Part shown: piece after piece, positions 27,915 through 37,423 of the stretch | Layout of the letters: each line of letters begins with the position of its first letter | Numbering within the stretch: the first letter of the stretch is position 1 | Assembly: GCA_965243165.1 (NCBI GenBank) | Contig: OZ251535.1 | Coordinates: 1,217,572 to 1,281,571, forward strand | Source: Candidatus Spongiisociaceae bacterium | Lineage (GTDB): Bacteria; Actinomycetota; Acidimicrobiia; Spongiisociales; Spongiisociaceae | DNA length: 64,000 nt | Direction: 5' to 3' | The notes under the pieces: model-generated | Told to the model about the DNA's origin: nothing | The model's database searches: none | The model's input: only the letters and a program-made list of their open reading frames with translations | Position numbers and translations under genes: made by a program

Positions 27915-28002
27915 GGGTCGGGGCTTGTCGGGGAAGAGCCTGCGTATGCAGCTCGAACAGGGATGCGCACAACCCTCGATCCCTTGGGAACTACTCATCT
28001 AG
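27915..28002 (+). repeat. Copy A of a conserved about 60-90 nt 5'-region element (GAAGAGCCTGCGTATGC(A/G)GCTCGAACAGGGATGNGCACAACCCTCGATCCCTTGG(G)AACTACTCATCTAG)
   Basis: Near-identical to 49931-50019. Shares its 3' core with 55459-55512 and its 5' part with 54311-54345. Sits on the + strand upstream of a + strand gene. Confidence 0.6.
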
Positions 28003-28090
28003 GCTCAGGCCGGTGAGAGGCGGCGGAATCCCAGCCCCGGAGGGCCGGGGCCTTCCGGTCAGGGCGGCGGGCGGGGCGGCGGTCGGGGCG

Positions 28091-29443
28091 GTGCTGGCGG
28101 CCGGCTGGTGGGAGATGCTGTTCCTTCCGCTCGGCGCCAGCCACGACGGGCGCATCAACGGGCGCTTCGGCCTGCATGTGCGCAACTTCCTCGAGCACGG
28201 GTGGTCGGGTTCAGACTGGCTGTCTTCCCTGGCGCCCTACTCCGCCGGAACCTACAACCATCACCCCCCGCTTCTGAACTCCCTGCAGGCGGCGGTCGGC
28301 TGGGTCTTCGGCCAGGGGGAGTGGCAGCTCCACCTGACGGGTTATCTGGCCGGGCTGGCCACTGCCGCGGGGATGCTGTGGCTGGCGCGGGAGCTCGGCC
28401 TGGGGGCGGGGGCCTCCGTCCTGTCGCTGGCCCTGACGGCTTCCACGCCGATGTTCTGGATATACGCCCGGCTGGGGCTGGGAGTGTCGATCATGTTGGC
28501 GCTGGCGGCGCTCTGGGCCCGTTGGGAACGGACCGGAAAGGGGGGCGGGCTGCTGCCGGCCGCGGCCGCGGCGGCCGCTTTTTCGTCCTGGATGGGGGCG
28601 GCGCTGGCGGTGCTGGCGGCGGGGCTGGGGATGCGGGCCGCCGGCGGCCGGAGGGCGGCTGCCTTGGCGGGGGCGGCCGGCCTGGCGGGTGCGGCCGCCG
28701 CCCTGGCCTGGGCGTTGGCGGCGGGAGAGTCGTCCGAACTGGCCGCCCACGCCGCCTCCCGGCTGCAGTGGCCGGAATGGTCCGCCCTGGCGGAGAACTA
28801 CCGGTGGTTCTACGGTTCTCTGTTTCCCTGGTGGTTCCGGTGGCTGTTCGCCCCGGCTTTGGCGGCTGCGCTGGCCGACCGCCGCACCAGAAGGCCGGCC
28901 GCCGCCTTCCTGGCCGCTCTGGGGATCTGGACCCTGGCCGCCCCCGCCGCCGCCCTCATCCACGACTATTGGACCTATCCGCTGCTGGTTCCGGTGTTCC
29001 TGGGCTGGACGGCGGCGCTGGGCAGGGCGGCGGAGCGCCTGGCGGGGCGGAGGGCGGCGGTCTTGGCGGGTGCGGCCTTCCTGGTGCTGGCCTCGGTGTT
29101 CGGCTTCGCCCGCCTGCCGGACTACCGAGACGCCTATTTCCGGGCCCCCTCCGAGGCCGGGGCCCTCCTCCGGGATGCGGGCGGCCCGGCCGCCGGCCAG
29201 CTGACCGCCTGGGTGGCGGAGGGGGTGGATCCGGTGCCCCGATGGGTCAGCTACTACTGGGACCTCCCCGTGTCGGAGGCCTCCGCCGCTGCGGTCGAAG
29301 CCGGATCCGTGGGGGCGGGCGACCTGGTGCTGGTCCGCCTCGACCGGCTGCCCCGCTGGATGCATCCGGTTCCCGAGCCCTTCGCCCAGAGGGGCCGTTA
29401 CGCCTTGGTGACCGGCGGCGCCCTCCGAGCGGGGGCCGGTTGA
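28091..29443 (+). CDS. GT-C-like polytopic membrane glycosyltransferase (paralog 1)
   Basis: Shares WLPxLGLPLG(D/A)S(D/H)DGRI(L/N)xRFGLxxRNF... and overall architecture with the downstream paralog. Proposed GTG start 28091 (ATG 28115 is an alternative). Confidence 0.5.
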   Translation: MLAAGWWEMLFLPLGASHDGRINGRFGLHVRNFLEHGWSGSDWLSSLAPYSAGTYNHHPPLLNSLQAAVGWVFGQGEWQLHLTGYLAGLATAAGMLWLARELGLGAGASVLSLALTASTPMFWIYARLGLGVSIMLALAALWARWERTGKGGGLLPAAAAAAAFSSWMGAALAVLAAGLGMRAAGGRRAAALAGAAGLAGAAAALAWALAAGESSELAAHAASRLQWPEWSALAENYRWFYGSLFPWWFRWLFAPALAAALADRRTRRPAAAFLAALGIWTLAAPAAALIHDYWTYPLLVPVFLGWTAALGRAAERLAGRRAAVLAGAAFLVLASVFGFARLPDYRDAYFRAPSEAGALLRDAGGPAAGQLTAWVAEGVDPVPRWVSYYWDLPVSEASAAAVEAGSVGAGDLVLVRLDRLPRWMHPVPEPFAQRGRYALVTGGALRAGAG

Positions 29444-29619
29444 CCCCGATGATTCACGAGAGCAGGGGGCAGATGAGCTGACCCGACCCCCGGCCTTCGC
29501 GGCAATCATGGGTCGAGGTTTCTCGCAATATGAAACACGGAGGTCCGAGGCCCTCGGTTGGAACGGCCCCGGCGCGGGGCAGGCCGGGAGGCCGCCCGCC
29601 GTACATACAATGCCGCCCC

Positions 29620-31095
29620 ATGAAACTTCTACGCTCCGGGGGGGCGGGGCGCCTCTGGTCGGGTTGGACCGCCGCGGTGCTGATCGCGCTGGCGGTGCTG
29701 GCGGTGTGGTTGCCCGATCTCGGCCTTCCGCTGGGTGACAGCGACGACGGCCGCATCCTGGCCCGCTTCGGCCTCCAGGCCCGCAATTTCTGGGAGCTGG
29801 GGGCGGCGGAGTCGGGTTACGGAGCGTTGATCGATCCGTACATCAGGGCCGAGTACGGGGTTCCGCCGGGGGAGGCGCCCCCGCGGGCGGCGGTCACCTA
29901 CGCCCATCATCCGCCCCTCCAGACCTTCGCCACCATCCTCTCGGTCGGGCTGTTCGGCGACAACCTGTTGGGGCTGCGGGCGGCGGGGTTCCTGACGGGG
30001 GCGGCCGCGGTGCTCTTCATGACCGCCCTGCTGCGCATCAGGGGGATCGGATGGGGGCCGGTCCTCTTGGCGGTGGGCTCTATGGCCGCCACCGGTTTCT
30101 ACTTCGTGTACGGGAGGATCGGGGTGGGGTTCTCGCTGATCGTTGCTTTGGCGGCGGCGGTCGCCTATCTGCGGGAGGCCGCCGATCCGACCCCCGCCGC
30201 CTCCGCAGCCGCCGCGGTGCTGGCCGGGCTGACCGCCATGCAGTCGTGGATCGCCATGGCGGCCGCCGGGCTGCTGATCCTGTGGCTGGCGGCCGCCAAG
30301 CGCTGGGCGCCGATCACCCGGTGGACGGCGGCGGGGGCGCTGGCCGGGGCGCTGGTCACCGCCGCCTGGCTGCTCAACTCCACCGACCTGGGCGAGCTGG
30401 GCCAAAGGGCGGCCTTCCGGATCGACACCACCCGGGGGACGTTCGGGGAGTTCCTGGCCCGCCAGTGGCGGTTCGCCTCCATGTTCACGCCGGTTTGGTT
30501 CCGGGCGATGGCGCCCTTCGCCCTGCTGGCCGGACTGGCCGACCGCCGCACCAGGGTTCCCGTCGCCGTCACCCTGGGGGTGGCGGCCGCCTGGACCTTC
30601 GGCCTGCAGCAGGGCGCCTGGATCCATCTGCTCTGGAACTTTCCCTGGCTGGCGCCGGTAACCATCGGGGCGGCGGCGCTGATCGAAGCGGTGCGGCGGG
30701 TGCTGGTCGACAGCTGGGCGGTCTGGGCGGCGGGGGTGTTGTGGGCCGGCGCCCTGGTCTTCTCGCTGTACGGGGCGGCGGCCGGGCCGGCGCGCGAGCT
30801 CTACCTGGCCGCCCCGGCCGACGCCGGGCTGGTGATGGAACAGGCGGCGCAGGCGCGGACGCCGGGGCTGATGTGGGTGACGCCCGGCATCGGCACCCCC
30901 CGGTGGGTCTCCTACTACCTGGACGAGCCGGTCTGGACGCTGGACGCCGGCTCGCTCGGCGGGCTGGAGGCCGAAGACATGGTGCTGGTGCGCACCGACC
31001 GCATCCCCGCCTTCATCCCCGAAGAATCCATGGACGAGGCGCTGATCTCCGAAGGCCGCTACCGCCTGATACCCGGTGGGGCGCTGGTCCGATGA
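29620..31095 (+). CDS. GT-C-like polytopic membrane glycosyltransferase (paralog 2)
   Basis: Paralog of the preceding gene. Start at MKLLRSGG (ATG 29620). Its stop overlaps the start of the giant GT gene (ATGA). Confidence 0.55.
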   Translation: MKLLRSGGAGRLWSGWTAAVLIALAVLAVWLPDLGLPLGDSDDGRILARFGLQARNFWELGAAESGYGALIDPYIRAEYGVPPGEAPPRAAVTYAHHPPLQTFATILSVGLFGDNLLGLRAAGFLTGAAAVLFMTALLRIRGIGWGPVLLAVGSMAATGFYFVYGRIGVGFSLIVALAAAVAYLREAADPTPAASAAAAVLAGLTAMQSWIAMAAAGLLILWLAAAKRWAPITRWTAAGALAGALVTAAWLLNSTDLGELGQRAAFRIDTTRGTFGEFLARQWRFASMFTPVWFRAMAPFALLAGLADRRTRVPVAVTLGVAAAWTFGLQQGAWIHLLWNFPWLAPVTIGAAALIEAVRRVLVDSWAVWAAGVLWAGALVFSLYGAAAGPARELYLAAPADAGLVMEQAAQARTPGLMWVTPGIGTPRWVSYYLDEPVWTLDAGSLGGLEAEDMVLVRTDRIPAFIPEESMDEALISEGRYRLIPGGALVR

Positions 31096-34000
31096 AGCGC
31101 GCCGAAGCCCCCGATCCGAGCGGCCCGGCGGCGGAAGGCCCGCAGCCGGCGGCGGTGCGGGGCAACGACTGGCGCCGGGTCGAGGTCGCTCCGCTCGACG
31201 GGTTCACCCCCTCCCTGAGGGCGTCGGTGGTGATCCCCTTCTACGAGGCCCCGGAGGCGCTGGCCCTCACCTTGGCGGCCCTGGCCGGCCAGACCTATCC
31301 GCGCCGCCTGTTCGAGGTGATCGCGGTGGACGACGGGTCGAAGACCCCCCTCCGCAAACCCGAAGGGACCGGCCTGGACCTGAGGATACTGCACCAGGAA
31401 CACCGGGGGTTCGGGGCGCCCAGAGCCCGCAACAAGGGCGCCGGGGCCGCTTCCGGCGATTTCCTGGTGTTCCTCGACTGCGACATGATGCCGGAGGCGG
31501 GGTGGCTGGCCGCCCACGCCCGGTGGCACCACGTCCTGTCCGACGTGCTGACGCTGGGGTTCCGGGCGCATGTGGAAGTGGACGGGGTGGACGCGGCGGC
31601 GGTGGCGGGCCGGGCGGGTTCCCTGGCGGAGCTGTTCTCGGACCGCCCGGCGCAGCGGCCCGAGTGGATCGAGTTCCACATGGCCCGCACCAACGAGCTC
31701 ACCTCCACCGCCGACGACATCTTCCGGGTGGTTACCTCCGGCAACCTGGGGGTGGGCCGGAGCTTCTTCGAGGCCGCCGGAGGGTTCGACGAATCGTTCA
31801 CCCAATGGGGGGCCGAGGACACCGAGTTCGGATACCGGGCTTTCACGAAGGGAGCGCTGCTGGCGCCCGAGCGGGCCGCCTTCTGTTGGCACCAGGGGCC
31901 CGGCGCCTCCCCCAGCGAGGCCGAGATGCGGAGCCTCGACCTCCAGCGGGCCAAGTCGGCCCACCTGATCGCCCACAACGGGTTCCGCCGCGCCTCGCCC
32001 GGACGCACCTTCACCGTCCCCCAGCATGCGGTGACCCTCGAAAGCGGGGAAACCCCGGCCGAGGACGTCTTCGCCGCCGCGGTGCGCATCCTCGGAGACC
32101 GGATGCACGACTTGGCGGTGCTGATCGAGGACCGGACGGACGACCCCGGCTGGGAGTGGCTGCGGCGCCAGCTGGGGCCCGACCCGCGCGTCCGGTTCGG
32201 CCCGCCCGGCGCCGCCTTGGACGAATTTCCGGCTTCCCCGTTCCACATCACCTGTCCGCCGGGGGCGGCGCCGCCGGAGAACATGATCTACACGCTCCGC
32301 AGCGAGCTGGGCGGCGCGGTGTCGGCGGCGCTGGTGTTGGAGGACGGCGCCCGGGTGACGATCAGCCGTTCCTGGGCGTTGCACCGGTCGCGCCGTTCCG
32401 GCAGGCCCCTCGCCGAGCTGGGCGCGGCGGTCTCGGTGAAGGCCGAGAAGATGGTGCTCGACATGAAACCCTGGCGGCCCCCCCTCACCGTCAAAGGGGT
32501 GCTGCGGCGGCTCCGGCGCATGACGCTGCGGGTGTGGGGGCCGATCTGGACGCAGCGATGGGCGGTGCGGCGGCTGTACCGGGCCCTGATAGGGATCCGC
32601 AGCCCCCGGCAGGCCTGGCAGGTCGCCCAATGGGCGGCGGAGGCGGTGCGGGGCCGGGCGCAGGCGGTGTTCCGGTTCGCGCTGCGGCGCACACCCGATT
32701 CGCCCGCCGCCGATTACCCCCTCGGAATGGAGATAGCGGTGAGGGGAGAGCGGTCGGCGGCGGTGCTGGCGGCCTCCGCCCGGGTCTGGCGGGCGCCGCG
32801 CATCCGGCGCCGGGCCAAGCGCCGCATCGACCTGGTGCTGGCCGACCGCCCGGAGGCGGCGGCCCGGCCGCCGACCGCCGGAATCCCGGCGGCGGTGCTC
32901 ACCGAAGCCCCCCCGCAGGTTTCGGTTCCCGCCTTCGACCCGCAGGCCGTCAACCCGATCGGATGGGCGCGGGCGCCGAAGTACGGGGCCGGGGCGTTGG
33001 GTCCCGTCGAGTTGCTTCCGTCCGGGGCCGCCGAGCGCACCGTGGAAGGCTCGGACCGGGAAACACTCCGCCTGCTCCACCATCTGGAAGACACCGCCGC
33101 CTTCCACTCCGGCCCCGTCGAGCGGGCCGCCGCCCTGGCCGCTCTGGCCGCCCGGGGGGTGGTGGTCCATCTGGCCGACCGGGACCGGGGGCTGGAACCC
33201 CTGTTGGGCCCGGAACTCTACGGGTCGATGGCCTCCCCCCGCATCCGGGGCGCCGATCCGGGGGAGCGGGAGCTGATCAGCGCCGCCATGCGCCGCGCCG
33301 CTCTGAGAGGCCATTCCCTCCGCAGCCGCGTCCGTCAGATCGCGGCGGCGGCCTCCTTGGAACCGCCGCCGCTCACGAAGGTGTCGGTGCTGGCGCCCGC
33401 CCGCCGCCCCGGCCTGCTTCCCGGCCTGCTGGCGGCGGTCTCCTCCCAGACCTACCCGAGGTTGGAGCTGGTGCTGACCCTCTACGGCGGGGGGTTCGGT
33501 CCGGAGGCGGAGCAGGCGGCCGAGGAAATGCCCTGTCCGGTCAGGGTGGTCAGGGCTGGTGACGACCTTCCGCTCGGCGCCGTTCTGAACCAGGCGGCGC
33601 GGGCCTCGCGCGGCGTCCTGATCACCGTGATGGACGACCGTCACCTCTACGGCCCCGAGCACATCTGGGATCTGGTGCTGGCCCGCGAGTACTCGGCGGC
33701 CGAGCTGGTGGTCAAAGAGACCGAGTTCGTGTACCTGGCCGCGACCGACCGGACGCTGCGCCGTTCGACCGGCCCCGGCGAGGACTATCTGGACGCCGCC
33801 GCCCTGGCGGACGGAGCGCTGCTCCTCTCCCACCGCCGCCTGGAAGAGGCCGGAGGATGGAAGAGGACAGAAGACGGTTTAGAGGAAAGCCTCGCCCACG
33901 ACGTCGTTTCGGCGGGCGGGCGGGTCTACCGGACCCACGGGGCCGGAATGGCGTTGGCGGCCGCCGGGCGGGACCGGCCGGCCCGGCTGGACGACGGCTA

Positions 34001-37000
34001 CCTGCTGGCCCAAGCCGAGGAAGTGCGGGGCGGATGGGACCCGGCTTTCTGCGGGCTGCCGCCCTCCGCCGTTCCGCGGCCGTACGGCGAAGGCGCCGCC
34101 GCCTCCGAACCCCTGCTCCGAGGGGCGGCGGACGGCCCGCGGCCGGCGGCGGTGCGGGGCAACGACTGGCGCGAGGTCGAAATCCCGCCGATCGAGGAGT
34201 TCACGCCCGTCCTGGGGGTGTCGGTGGTGGTCCCCTACTACGAGGCGCCGGAGGCCTTGGAGCTGACCTTGGCGGCGCTGGCGGGGCAGACCTATCCGCG
34301 TGATCTGTTCGAGGTGATCGTGGTGGACGACGGCTCGAAGACCCCGCTGCCGCGCCCCGAAGGCACGGGCCTGGACCTGAAGGTGGTCCGCCAGGAGGAT
34401 CTGGGGTTCGGCCTGGCCAGGGCGCGCAACACCGGAGCGGGGGCCGCCCGGCGCGGCATCCTGGTGTTCCTCGACTGCGACATGATGCCCGAGGCGGGGT
34501 GGCTGGCCGCCCACGCCCGGTGGCACCACGTCCTGTCCGACGTGCTGACGCTGGGGTTCCGGGCGCATGTGGAGGTGGACGGGGTGAACGCCGCGGCGGT
34601 GTCGGGCCGGGCGGGTTCCCTGGCGGAGCTGTTCGCGGGCCGGCCGACGGAGCGCCCGGAGTGGATCGAGTTCCACATGGAGAGGACCGACGGCCTCACC
34701 TCCGCCGCTGACGATATCTTCCGGGTGGTGACCGGAGGGAACCTGGGTGTCTCCAAGGAGTTCTTCGAGGCCGTCGGCGGCTTCGACGAGTCGTTCACCC
34801 AGTGGGGGGCGGAGGACACCGAGTTCGGATACCGGGCCTATACCCGGGGCGGCCTGCTGGCGCCCGAGCGGGCGGCCTTCTGTTGGCACCAGGGGACGGG
34901 CGCCTCCCCCAGCGAGGCCGAGATGAAGAGCCGCGAGCTGCAGCGGGCCAAGATCGCCCACCTGATCGCCCATTACGGATTTCGCGGCGACGCCCGCGGG
35001 CGGAGCTTCACGGTTCCGCAGTATGCGGTCACCCTGGAGTCCGGCAACGCGTCGGCGGAGGACGTCTTCTTGGCGGCCGAGCGGATCCTGAGCGGGGCGG
35101 TGCATGATCTGGTGGTGCGGATCGAGGACCGGCCCGACGACCCCGACTTCGAATGGCTGCGCCGCCAGCTGGACCCCGATCCTAGGGTCGGCTTCGGTTC
35201 CCCTGCCTCCGCCTTGGACGACTTCCCCGTCTCCGCCTTCCACGTGTACGCCCCGGCCGGAGTGGAGCTGGTGGAGAACCTGGTTCTCGAGCTTCGCACC
35301 GAGCTGGGGGAGGCGGCGTCGGCGGTGTTGGTGCTGGAAGACGGGGCCCGGGCGTCGATCACCAGGACGTGGGCGCTGCATCGGTCGCGGCGTTCGGCGG
35401 GGAGCATAGACCGCTGGGGCACCCGGAAAACAGCCCCGGCGGGGGAGGCCCGGTCTACCGCCAGGGCGGTGCTCCGCTCCAAGCGGGCGTCCCGCCGGGT
35501 GCGGAAGGTCAGGTCGAAGGCCGCCCGGGTGCTGTACGAGCTGCGGCGGGTGCGCAGCTTCCGCCAGGTCTGGGGGTTTCTGAGGTGGTTCGCGGCGGCG
35601 GCGGGGCGGCGGCTGGAAGGGGCGCGCCGCTACCGGATGATGCAGCTCCGCCGCGGATTCCGCCCCGGCGGCTTCCTGCCGGCGAGGCGGGCCGGACGGT
35701 TGGGCGGTTCGGGGGCGGCCTACCCCTTGGGCGCCGAGATGATCGCCCTGGGGCCGAAAGCCGGGCGGGTCTTCGCCGCTTCTACCAGGGTGCGCCGCTT
35801 CTTCGACGGGCGGCACGTCGATCTGGTGTTGGCCGACGACCCCGGGGCGGCCGAGGAGGCCGGGGAGGCTGCGGTCCCCTCCGTGGTGCTTTCGGAGTCG
35901 CCCCCCTCGTTTTCGGTCCCCGCCTTCGATCTGTTGACGGTCAACCCGATCAGATGGGTGCGGGAACCGAAGCACGGGGCGGCGGCGCTGGGTTCGCCCG
36001 CAATGCTTCCGCCCTCCTCCTCCGCCCGGCGGAGGGTGGACCGCAGCGACCGCCGCGCCCTGAGCCAGATCCACCATCTCGAGGACGCGGCCGGCTTCCA
36101 TTCCGGCCCCGTCGAGCGGGCGGGCGCGCTGGCGGCTCTGGCCGGTATGGGGGTGGTGGTGCATCTGGCCGACCAGAATCCGGATCCGGAGCTGGAATCC
36201 CTGCTCGGCGCCGAACTGTACGGGGCGATGGCTGATTCCGCGATCCTGGACGCCGGCCTCGACCGCCGGGAGGCCCTCAGCATCGCTATGCGCCGGGAGG
36301 CGCTCCGCAGCCATTCCCTCCCCGCCCGCGCCCGGCAGATCATCTCGGCCGGACTCCCCGGCCTGCCGCTCTTGGCGGATGTCTCGATCCTGGCCCCCAC
36401 CAAACGCCCCCGCATGGTCCCCCAGGTGCTGGCCGCCGCCGCCTCCCAGACCTACCCGCGGCTGGAGCTGGTGCTGGCGCTGCATGGGGCCGGCTTCGAC
36501 CGCGGGGCGCGGGCCGACATCGAGGCCCGGGCGGGGGACCTGCCGTTTCCGGTCCGCATCCTTGCGGCGGGGGAGGAGCTGAACCTCGGCGAGGTGCTCG
36601 AACTGGCGTCGGAGGCGGCGGAGGGAACCCTGCTCACCAAGCTGGACGACGACGACCTGTACAGTCCCGAGCACGTCTGGGACCTCGTTCTGGCCCGCCA
36701 GTATTCGAAGGCCGAGCTGGCGGCCAAGGGGGCCGAGTTCGTGTATCTGGCCGGCTCGGACCTGACCCTCCACCGTTTCTGCGGGAAGGGAGAAGCGGCG
36801 CCGAAGGTGGTTTCGGTCGCCGGGGGGACGCTGCTGATATCCCGCCGCGATCTGGAGGCGGCCGGAGGATGGAGAAGGGCGCCGAGGGGGGTGGATACGG
36901 CGCTGATCGAGGACGTGAGGCGGGCGGGCGGGTCGGTCTACCGCACCCACGGTTTCGGCTATGTGCTGGTGCGGCACGGCTCCGGCCACACGTGGGAGTC

Positions 37001-37121
37001 GGAAGACGGCTATTTCCTCCGGCAGGCCGAGTCGGTGAGCGAAGGCTGGGATCCCGGCTTCGCCGGACTCGACCCGGGGGCGGTGTTCCCCGAGGCGCTG
37101 CGGAGGCCGGATCCGGTTTGA
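31092..37121 (+). CDS. Giant multidomain glycosyltransferase (about 2009 aa), internal tandem duplication of an about 1000 aa dual-GT module (four GT2-like domains)
   Basis: No stop codon between the two halves. Each half has an N-terminal GT2 domain (VVIPFYEAPEAL..., DDGS, FLDCDMMPEAGW, GAEDTEFGYR) and a C-terminal second GT-like domain (SQTYPRLELVL..., DDxxLY..H). Both copies share stretches of >100 nt that are essentially identical (31470-31580 vs 34470-34580). Confidence 0.7.
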   Translation: MKRAEAPDPSGPAAEGPQPAAVRGNDWRRVEVAPLDGFTPSLRASVVIPFYEAPEALALTLAALAGQTYPRRLFEVIAVDDGSKTPLRKPEGTGLDLRILHQEHRGFGAPRARNKGAGAASGDFLVFLDCDMMPEAGWLAAHARWHHVLSDVLTLGFRAHVEVDGVDAAAVAGRAGSLAELFSDRPAQRPEWIEFHMARTNELTSTADDIFRVVTSGNLGVGRSFFEAAGGFDESFTQWGAEDTEFGYRAFTKGALLAPERAAFCWHQGPGASPSEAEMRSLDLQRAKSAHLIAHNGFRRASPGRTFTVPQHAVTLESGETPAEDVFAAAVRILGDRMHDLAVLIEDRTDDPGWEWLRRQLGPDPRVRFGPPGAALDEFPASPFHITCPPGAAPPENMIYTLRSELGGAVSAALVLEDGARVTISRSWALHRSRRSGRPLAELGAAVSVKAEKMVLDMKPWRPPLTVKGVLRRLRRMTLRVWGPIWTQRWAVRRLYRALIGIRSPRQAWQVAQWAAEAVRGRAQAVFRFALRRTPDSPAADYPLGMEIAVRGERSAAVLAASARVWRAPRIRRRAKRRIDLVLADRPEAAARPPTAGIPAAVLTEAPPQVSVPAFDPQAVNPIGWARAPKYGAGALGPVELLPSGAAERTVEGSDRETLRLLHHLEDTAAFHSGPVERAAALAALAARGVVVHLADRDRGLEPLLGPELYGSMASPRIRGADPGERELISAAMRRAALRGHSLRSRVRQIAAAASLEPPPLTKVSVLAPARRPGLLPGLLAAVSSQTYPRLELVLTLYGGGFGPEAEQAAEEMPCPVRVVRAGDDLPLGAVLNQAARASRGVLITVMDDRHLYGPEHIWDLVLAREYSAAELVVKETEFVYLAATDRTLRRSTGPGEDYLDAAALADGALLLSHRRLEEAGGWKRTEDGLEESLAHDVVSAGGRVYRTHGAGMALAAAGRDRPARLDDGYLLAQAEEVRGGWDPAFCGLPPSAVPRPYGEGAAASEPLLRGAADGPRPAAVRGNDWREVEIPPIEEFTPVLGVSVVVPYYEAPEALELTLAALAGQTYPRDLFEVIVVDDGSKTPLPRPEGTGLDLKVVRQEDLGFGLARARNTGAGAARRGILVFLDCDMMPEAGWLAAHARWHHVLSDVLTLGFRAHVEVDGVNAAAVSGRAGSLAELFAGRPTERPEWIEFHMERTDGLTSAADDIFRVVTGGNLGVSKEFFEAVGGFDESFTQWGAEDTEFGYRAYTRGGLLAPERAAFCWHQGTGASPSEAEMKSRELQRAKIAHLIAHYGFRGDARGRSFTVPQYAVTLESGNASAEDVFLAAERILSGAVHDLVVRIEDRPDDPDFEWLRRQLDPDPRVGFGSPASALDDFPVSAFHVYAPAGVELVENLVLELRTELGEAASAVLVLEDGARASITRTWALHRSRRSAGSIDRWGTRKTAPAGEARSTARAVLRSKRASRRVRKVRSKAARVLYELRRVRSFRQVWGFLRWFAAAAGRRLEGARRYRMMQLRRGFRPGGFLPARRAGRLGGSGAAYPLGAEMIALGPKAGRVFAASTRVRRFFDGRHVDLVLADDPGAAEEAGEAAVPSVVLSESPPSFSVPAFDLLTVNPIRWVREPKHGAAALGSPAMLPPSSSARRRVDRSDRRALSQIHHLEDAAGFHSGPVERAGALAALAGMGVVVHLADQNPDPELESLLGAELYGAMADSAILDAGLDRREALSIAMRREALRSHSLPARARQIISAGLPGLPLLADVSILAPTKRPRMVPQVLAAAASQTYPRLELVLALHGAGFDRGARADIEARAGDLPFPVRILAAGEELNLGEVLELASEAAEGTLLTKLDDDDLYSPEHVWDLVLARQYSKAELAAKGAEFVYLAGSDLTLHRFCGKGEAAPKVVSVAGGTLLISRRDLEAAGGWRRAPRGVDTALIEDVRRAGGSVYRTHGFGYVLVRHGSGHTWESEDGYFLRQAESVSEGWDPGFAGLDPGAVFPEALRRPDPV

Positions 37122-37423
37122 CAGCGCCCTCCGCGGGAGAGCGCGCCGCCGTCCGCCCCGCAGCTGCTCGGATGACCCTGATTGTTCACATCCCCGCGGG
37201 CGGGCCGCCGCCCGCGCCGGTCATGAGCCGATGCATCCGGATTTCTGAACCGGCAGCGCTTGCCCAATGGTGAACTCGCGTTTCTGATCAGACAGTCATC
37301 TCCCGTTGTTGTCCCAGGTCAGATGGGATGACAGAGGGTATTTCAGCTGCCCTGCCCCATCTCTCGTGAGCAATTCAGGGTCAAGGCGCGGGAGATCGGG
37401 CGGCGGTTTATAGACTGCCCTGG

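Noticed and set aside
27943-28002. Conserved 18-aa upstream ORF (MQLEQGCAQPSIPWELLI*) as a leader peptide
   Set aside because: Only partly rejected. Copies A and B keep the peptide through synonymous changes. A 1-nt indel alters the reading frame downstream in copy B. In copy C the frame runs for 109 codons into the solA start. This makes a conserved short leader peptide less likely than an RNA or DNA element, so it is reported as a finding with both hypotheses.
30051-31091. 5' extension of the giant GT ORF back to 30051
   Set aside because: That part overlaps the GT-C paralog 2 gene in another frame and is low-complexity. The ATG at 31092, overlapping the upstream stop, is the sensible start.
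31059-36989. Two about 1000 aa - strand ORFs (31059-33833 and 33879-36989) antisense to the giant GT gene
   Set aside because: Low-complexity Gly/Arg/Pro-rich translations. They mirror the sense-strand duplication, so they are artefacts.
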